From NCBI GenBank assembly GCA_039586795.1, contig JBDHJS010000011.1, positions 70,793 to 134,792 of the forward strand: a DNA stretch of 64,000 nt, given 5' to 3'. The translations under genes were made by a program, and so were the position numbers. The notes under the pieces are model-generated. The model was not told where the DNA came from and ran no database searches. It saw only the letters and a program-made list of their open reading frames with translations. Of this stretch, positions 59,268 through 64,000 are shown piece by piece. Each line of letters starts with the position of its first letter. Within the stretch, counting starts at the first letter, position 1. The stretch comes from Gemmatimonadota bacterium. Its GTDB lineage: Bacteria; Gemmatimonadota; Gemmatimonadetes; Palauibacterales; KS3-K002.

Positions 59268-60548
59268 TTACAAGCCCAGGTGTCGCGCTATGGATGACGC
59301 GATGTGCTCTGCATCCTCCTTGATGCCCAGCACGATTCCGGATTTGCGGCTGTGGAGCCACGGGAATCCCAGAAAGTAGACACCGGGCACCGAAGTCACC
59401 CCCCGCTCGTGCAGCGGCAGTCCGTCGCCATCCAGGACGGGCAGACGAATCCAGCCGAAGTCGGCGGTGAAGCCGGTGCACCATATGATAGTGCTTACCT
59501 CGGCCTCCCGAAGATCTAGACGGGTAGGCGCATCGCGACCTGCGCTTGACGCGGCTGGCTCATCGGCGGGATCGCTCTCGAGCGGGGGTGGCTCTATGCC
59601 GGCTCGTGCGAGATAGTCATCGATTTCCTGTTTGAACTTGGCCGATCGCTCGTCGGCAAACGCGATGTACTCGGCCAGCCGATCATCTGTCACCAGCACG
59701 CCATCCTCGACGCCGATCGAGCGGCCCATCAGTCTCGCCCCGTCCTGCTCCAACTGTTGCAGGCTTACCGTATGGCCATAACGACCGAGACCTGAGATCT
59801 GCGGTTGGGTCGCGTACTGGATCGCCGGATCCTCCAGTTCTTCCACCGCCACATCGAGAAAGCCCATGTCCACCCACCACTCCAGTATCTCACGACCGCG
59901 GTAGCGACGGGGCAGCCGCGCAACCTTACTGGTGCAGAGATAGACGCTGCGACCTGCGGCCATCAGGTCCTCAACGATCTGACACCCTGACTGACCGCCG
60001 CCAACCACGACCACGGCGCCCGACGGAAGCTCGTCCGCCGATCTGTAGTTGGCGGTGTGCAGCTGCCGAATCGTACCGGGGATCTCGGCCTTGAACGACG
60101 GGACGTTGGGCGTCTGCATGGCGCCCGAGGCGACGACGACCGCGCGAGTCTCGAGCGTAGACAGTTCAGGATCGTCCGTGTGTACGATGAAGCCGTCACC
60201 GTCTTTCGCCGATTCCACCACGGTGACGGTCACCCCGGTGCGAACCGGGAGATCGTGCCTTGCGGCGTAGTCTTGGAAGTACGCGACGAGCTCATCACGA
60301 TGCCAAAACCCGTCAGGCTCAGGCCCCTCATAATCCTCGCCCGGCAGCGCGTTCGACCAGTTCGGCGTGTTGAGCGCGAACGAATCCCAGCGCTGGGAGA
60401 GCCAGGTCTCCCCCACCCTCCCCCGCTCCAGCATCACGAACCGGCGTCCGTCACGCTTCAAGTAGAAGCCCATGCCGAGACCGGCCTGCCCGGCACCGAT
60501 CACCACCACGTCGAACCTCTTGTCAGCGTCTATAGCGTAAACCTCCAC
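59268..60548 (-). CDS. Flavin-containing monooxygenase-like FAD/NAD(P)-dependent oxidoreductase
   Basis: GAGQAG, RWDSF..TP, QLHTANYR, VGGGQSG, WCTGF. Confidence 0.9.
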   Translation of the reverse strand: MEVYAIDADKRFDVVVIGAGQAGLGMGFYLKRDGRRFVMLERGRVGETWLSQRWDSFALNTPNWSNALPGEDYEGPEPDGFWHRDELVAYFQDYAARHDLPVRTGVTVTVVESAKDGDGFIVHTDDPELSTLETRAVVVASGAMQTPNVPSFKAEIPGTIRQLHTANYRSADELPSGAVVVVGGGQSGCQIVEDLMAAGRSVYLCTSKVARLPRRYRGREILEWWVDMGFLDVAVEELEDPAIQYATQPQISGLGRYGHTVSLQQLEQDGARLMGRSIGVEDGVLVTDDRLAEYIAFADERSAKFKQEIDDYLARAGIEPPPLESDPADEPAASSAGRDAPTRLDLREAEVSTIIWCTGFTADFGWIRLPVLDGDGLPLHERGVTSVPGVYFLGFPWLHSRKSGIVLGIKEDAEHIASSIARHLGL

Positions 60549-60568
60549 CGAAGGTTCGGGAGGGGACC

Positions 60569-60772
60569 TTAGCCCACAGGGATCCGCTTGCTAGCATCAA
60601 CAAAAGGCATCTCGACGACGGTTGCACTCGATTTCGGGCCCTGCACCTGGAGCGGAGCCACGTCCACCTCCCGAATCGTCACGTCCAGATCGGGATACGC
60701 GTTCTTCAGTCCGCGAGCGAACAGCAGTGCGTCGCTCGAGGCGAGGGCGAACCAGAACGTCGAATTCGGCCA
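60569..60772 (-). pseudogene. Collapsed GcvT/aminomethyltransferase-family remnant
   Basis: Mid-protein FWFALASSD..DVAPLQVQGPKS fused directly to the family C-terminus ATVVEMPFVD..K; N-terminus absent. Confidence 0.75.
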
Positions 60773-60911
60773 TGCTCGCTTCTCCTGGTTGGGATGGTTC
60801 TGATCGCACAAACAGATGAAGATGGGGTTCGAGGGCGCCGATGGGAACCGCGCTGACTGCCCTTCGTTTTAGGCCTTCTTGCGTAGCGCTTCAGCATGGC
60901 TGGCGAGTCGA

Positions 60912-62021
60912 CTAGTTACCGTCCCTCACCGCAGGTAGAATATCGCTGTAGAGGAACTCGATCGGGCGCTGCATGTCGGTTCTCGTGCGCGCGCCTGCCG
61001 TGACGGTCACGACCATCTGGTGTTCGGGGATCACGAAGATGAACTGGCCCATGAACCCGGCGGCGGCGTAGATGTAGTCACCGCCCGTGCGTGGGTCAGG
61101 TGGGAGAATCCACCACAGGTAACCGTAGCCCACGTTCCGGCCTCGGGGCGGGTCGAACGTGACGTGGCGCTGGAACGATTGCTCGACCCAGTCGCGCGGC
61201 ACGATCTGCCGATCGCCCCACCGTCCGCCCTGAAGGTAGAGCTGGCCGAACCGCGCCATCGCCCGGGAGGTCACCATTAGGCCGCCGCCCATGTGCGGAT
61301 GCCCCTCGCGGTTCGCGTACCACCTGTCGCCGGCGATCCCCAACGGCCGCATGAGGTACTCCCGGGAAAAGCCGATGACGTGCTCGCCAGTGCGCTGCTT
61401 GAACAGGCTAGAGAGCAAGATCACGCCGCCGGAATCGTACTGCCAGTACGTGCCCGGCTCCCGCACCATCGGGCGCTCGAGCCAGAAACGGTCCCAGCCG
61501 GTCTGCAACGCGTTCAGCTGATCGTGCGGCGAGCCCGGGAAGCCCTCCCGATAGTCCGTACCGGTTCGCATCGTGAGGATGTCTTCGATGGTGATCCGCC
61601 CACGACGCGGATCGCCGTCCAGCGAGTCGACCCATTGCGGGAAGAAGTCGAGCACGCGCTCGTCCACGCCCTCGAACACGCCGCGCTCGATCCCAATGCC
61701 GACCAGCGCCGAGGCGAAGCTCTTGCTCACCGACTGCTGCGTGTGGATGCTGTCGGCGGGCCAGCCGTTGAAATATTCCTCCAGCGCCAGCCTCCCGTAG
61801 CGGACGATCAGCAAGCTGTGGATGTCGCGGTATTCTCCGGACCGGATCCGCTCAACCAGGAGACCGAGCTGCACGGGATCGAGCCCCACGTCGGCGGGCG
61901 CCGCCGCCACCAGCGAATCGACCGGCATATCTTGCGCGTTGACCGCGGTGATCCCCCGGTCGCAGCCGGCCGTCGCCATGAGCGCGATGGCGATGGAGCA
62001 CAATGCGCGTGGCATCTTCAT
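60912..62021 (-). CDS. Serine hydrolase, beta-lactamase/class C-like lipoprotein
   Basis: Lipobox ATAGC; QSVSKS (SxxK), LTMRTG, QYDS, YGYLWW, AAGFMGQ. Confidence 0.9.
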   Translation of the reverse strand: MKMPRALCSIAIALMATAGCDRGITAVNAQDMPVDSLVAAAPADVGLDPVQLGLLVERIRSGEYRDIHSLLIVRYGRLALEEYFNGWPADSIHTQQSVSKSFASALVGIGIERGVFEGVDERVLDFFPQWVDSLDGDPRRGRITIEDILTMRTGTDYREGFPGSPHDQLNALQTGWDRFWLERPMVREPGTYWQYDSGGVILLSSLFKQRTGEHVIGFSREYLMRPLGIAGDRWYANREGHPHMGGGLMVTSRAMARFGQLYLQGGRWGDRQIVPRDWVEQSFQRHVTFDPPRGRNVGYGYLWWILPPDPRTGGDYIYAAAGFMGQFIFVIPEHQMVVTVTAGARTRTDMQRPIEFLYSDILPAVRDGN

Positions 62022-62198
62022 ATCATCTCCAGCAGCTCCATACTATCCCTGCCGTAGTATTTGATGCGTACGGCGCCTGAGAGGTTGCGGGGCCATCCAT
62101 CAACCGTTGACCGGATTAACGCAAGCGATAACAACTACTCTTGACTCACACTTGTTATGATCCCGCTACGGTAGGAAAGCGTCTACTGGAGGTGAGCC

Positions 62199-62600
62199 AT
62201 GAGGTTCCGACGCTTCATAGCGGCAGTGCTTCTGCCGCCCACGTTCTCTCTGGTTACGGGATGCTACACCAACCAGAGAATTCCGCCTGACGAGCTCAGA
62301 CCGGAGACCCCGCTTCGTTTCGCTGAGCCTGTGAAAGGCGTGGTGACACCGGGCGGTTACGAAGTGCTATTCGATGAGCCGGTCGAGCCGCAGGCCGACA
62401 CGTTGCACGCCACGGTCAACGGTGAGCCTTACGTGGTCGCTCTAGATCAAGTTGATACGGTCATAGTAAAACGGGAGTTTCCCTCACCCTCCATAACTGG
62501 TGGCCTTGTCATCTTCGGCATCATTGCCGGTGTGGCCTTTTTCGCTGCGCTGATAGCCTTAAAGGAGGGTTGGAAATCGTCCGCAGTGCCGTGTTGTTGA
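62199..62600 (+). CDS. Hypothetical lipoprotein with a C-terminal TM helix
   Basis: RBS GGAGGT; lipobox LVTGC; C-terminal hydrophobic stretch. Confidence 0.65.
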   Translation: MRFRRFIAAVLLPPTFSLVTGCYTNQRIPPDELRPETPLRFAEPVKGVVTPGGYEVLFDEPVEPQADTLHATVNGEPYVVALDQVDTVIVKREFPSPSITGGLVIFGIIAGVAFFAALIALKEGWKSSAVPCC

Positions 62601-62690
62601 CGAGACCGCCCTACTCCGCACGGACTTGGCTCCGCCATCTTCCAACCCGATGAGGAGCCAACTAACGCCGCGCCTGCATGACAAACCGGG

Positions 62691-63170
62691 TCACCCCACT
62701 TCCAACTCCTCGGGCTTCGTCCACCGTCGGGTCAACAGGGCGTCCACCGAGTAGCGACCCCCACCCCGGATCATGACGATCAGTCCCAGGGCCAAAGCAA
62801 GAAGGTGGAACTCGAATCCCTCCCCGTACTGAGGCTGGTTGTACCAGTTCATGAAGAAGTGGCCCCGGGTCACGAAGACGATGGCCCCGGCCATGACCAG
62901 CACGATGGCTGCGGACATGAACCGCGCGAAGAGACCGATGACCAGCGCGATGGCCCCGAGAAACTCCGCGGCAGCCACCAGCACGGTGATGGCATAAGGG
63001 AATCCGAACCACTGCTGGAAGGCGTCCATCGTGGCCTGCAGCCCATGGCCGCCCCAAATCCCCAAGACCTTCTGGGCTCCGTGTGGGAAGATCACCAGGC
63101 CGAGCCCGATGCGGGCGATCAGGGGGGCAGCGTCATCGTCGGTGTGCAAGAGCTTCTTGATCATATTCAC
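62691..63170 (-). CDS. DoxX family membrane protein
   Basis: RIGLG..FPHGAQK, AEFLG, GEGFEFH, GGGRYSVD. Confidence 0.92.
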   Translation of the reverse strand: MNMIKKLLHTDDDAAPLIARIGLGLVIFPHGAQKVLGIWGGHGLQATMDAFQQWFGFPYAITVLVAAAEFLGAIALVIGLFARFMSAAIVLVMAGAIVFVTRGHFFMNWYNQPQYGEGFEFHLLALALGLIVMIRGGGRYSVDALLTRRWTKPEELEVG

Positions 63171-63292
63171 GTGGCGATTTCCTCCCTACCTCGGCTCCGG
63201 ACGGAACGTCGAAATCGTGCCTGCATACGGCGGAGAATGAGATCAGCGGCCGTCGTCCTATCTCTCTCTGGATTACAGGCGCTTGGGGAAAG

Positions 63293-63375
63293 TGCCGGGG
63301 GCGGGGGTCGAACCCGCACGCCCCGAAGGGCCAGGGATTTTAAGTCCCTTGCGTCTGCCATTCCGCCACCCCGGC
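63293..63375 (-). tRNA. tRNA-Leu (anticodon TAA), long variable arm, CCA not encoded
   Basis: GCCGGGG acceptor stem, GGCGGAATGGCAGACGC D arm, GGGA-CTTAAAA-TCCC anticodon arm, GGGTTCGACCC T arm. Confidence 0.97.
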
Positions 63376-63451
63376 AATCCATGCAATATAAGGGTCTTCA
63401 GCTCACCACGTGCAGCCGCTGTGGGCTAAACTGTAACGCCAACGTGAGCCG

Positions 63452-64000
63452 CTAGTTTCTCGATAGCGCCGCGTTTGCCCCGTGTGCCGGGAATTTCCAT
63501 CTGAAATCGCAATGCGCAGCGCCATCCGCGATGGTTTGTAAACGAACCAAGTCGACGCCCCATGCGCGCGCCGCGCAGTAGTCCAGGTTACACGCCGCAT
63601 GCGCGGTGAGCTCAGGAACGCCTTGTTTCTTGAAGTAGTTGGCAAGCGGACAAAGGGTAACGTCGAACGCCACGCCCGCCTCCGAGGGGAGATGCCGATG
63701 ACGGAACGGAGAGGAGAAGAAATACCGGGTTATCATGCCCAGTAGCCATTTGACCCTGGTTTCTCGTTTGGCGCTGCGGAGGCGTGAAAGTTTGAAAAAG
63801 GCAGCCGGCACGGGTTGATAAGCGTCCATCATGATCGTCTCGACAAGCGTGCCGGCCTCGGCTTGGCTCATGCCGTGTTCCTGCAAGGCTCGATAGAGTG
63901 CGAAACTCCACTCCATATATCGCATCACGAGGTTGACCGAGGCGCTATGGCGGGGGCGGTTGGGCGCCAACCGAGATTGCCAAGTGCGCGTTGAGCGCCA
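63452..64000 (-). CDS. L-2-amino-thiazoline-4-carboxylic acid hydrolase-like protein, 5' end outside the window
   Basis: FDVTLCPLANYF, ACNLDY, RLQTIADGAAHCDFR; frame open to the window edge. Confidence 0.8.
   Translation of the reverse strand, partial: WRSTRTWQSRLAPNRPRHSASVNLVMRYMEWSFALYRALQEHGMSQAEAGTLVETIMMDAYQPVPAAFFKLSRLRSAKRETRVKWLLGMITRYFFSSPFRHRHLPSEAGVAFDVTLCPLANYFKKQGVPELTAHAACNLDYCAARAWGVDLVRLQTIADGAAHCDFRWKFPAHGANAALSRN

Noticed and set aside
62128..62158. ATAACAA...TTGTTAT inverted repeat between divergent genes
   Set aside because: Short, single occurrence and no regulator nearby; cannot be distinguished from chance
56496..63375. Integrative element inserted at tRNA-Leu
   Set aside because: No integrase and no duplicate of the tRNA 3' end found by eye, although the genes look accessory
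63420..63480. Integron attC site after the ATC-hydrolase-like gene
   Set aside because: Only a GTT-containing end resembles attC; no matching RYYYAAC box, no array and no intI

Overview
High-GC bacterial chromosome segment. The gene repertoire (ADOP-type orphan ABC permease, 6-bladed beta-propeller lipoprotein, secreted S9/GH2/GH3/GH47 hydrolases) suggests Gemmatimonadota or an Acidobacteriota-like host; this is inference only. The first 10.8 kb is a multiheme-cytochrome island. It holds two OmcE-like tetraheme cytochromes (the Geobacter nanowire-subunit motif pattern, recalled from memory), a 14(+1)-heme cytochrome, a hexaheme c7-type lipoprotein, a heptaheme OmcE-related protein, two NHL beta-propeller lipoproteins and an outer-membrane beta-barrel, with divergent sigma54-type promoters. 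The island ends in a ~90-nt hairpin RNA candidate carrying a perfect 23-nt complement of the RBS and start codon of the main OmcE-like gene. This candidate antisense-controlled nanowire locus is the top finding. The rest of the window is catabolic and housekeeping genes (GH2, BNR-repeat protein, DPP-IV, cyclic beta-1,2-glucan synthase, SSS transporter, cydAB, GH47, proline-racemase family, DDAH-like, MFS, M14, MATE-like, GH3, MazG, ATP-grasp, FMO, serine hydrolase, DoxX, tRNA-Leu). It also contains a tandem pair of sigma54-driven anti-Shine-Dalgarno sRNA candidates, two genes bracketed by diverged duplicates of neighbouring gene ends with no integrase in view, heptamer-based palindromic repeats, and internally collapsed pseudogenes. 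All calls were made by eye; no database search or folding program was run.
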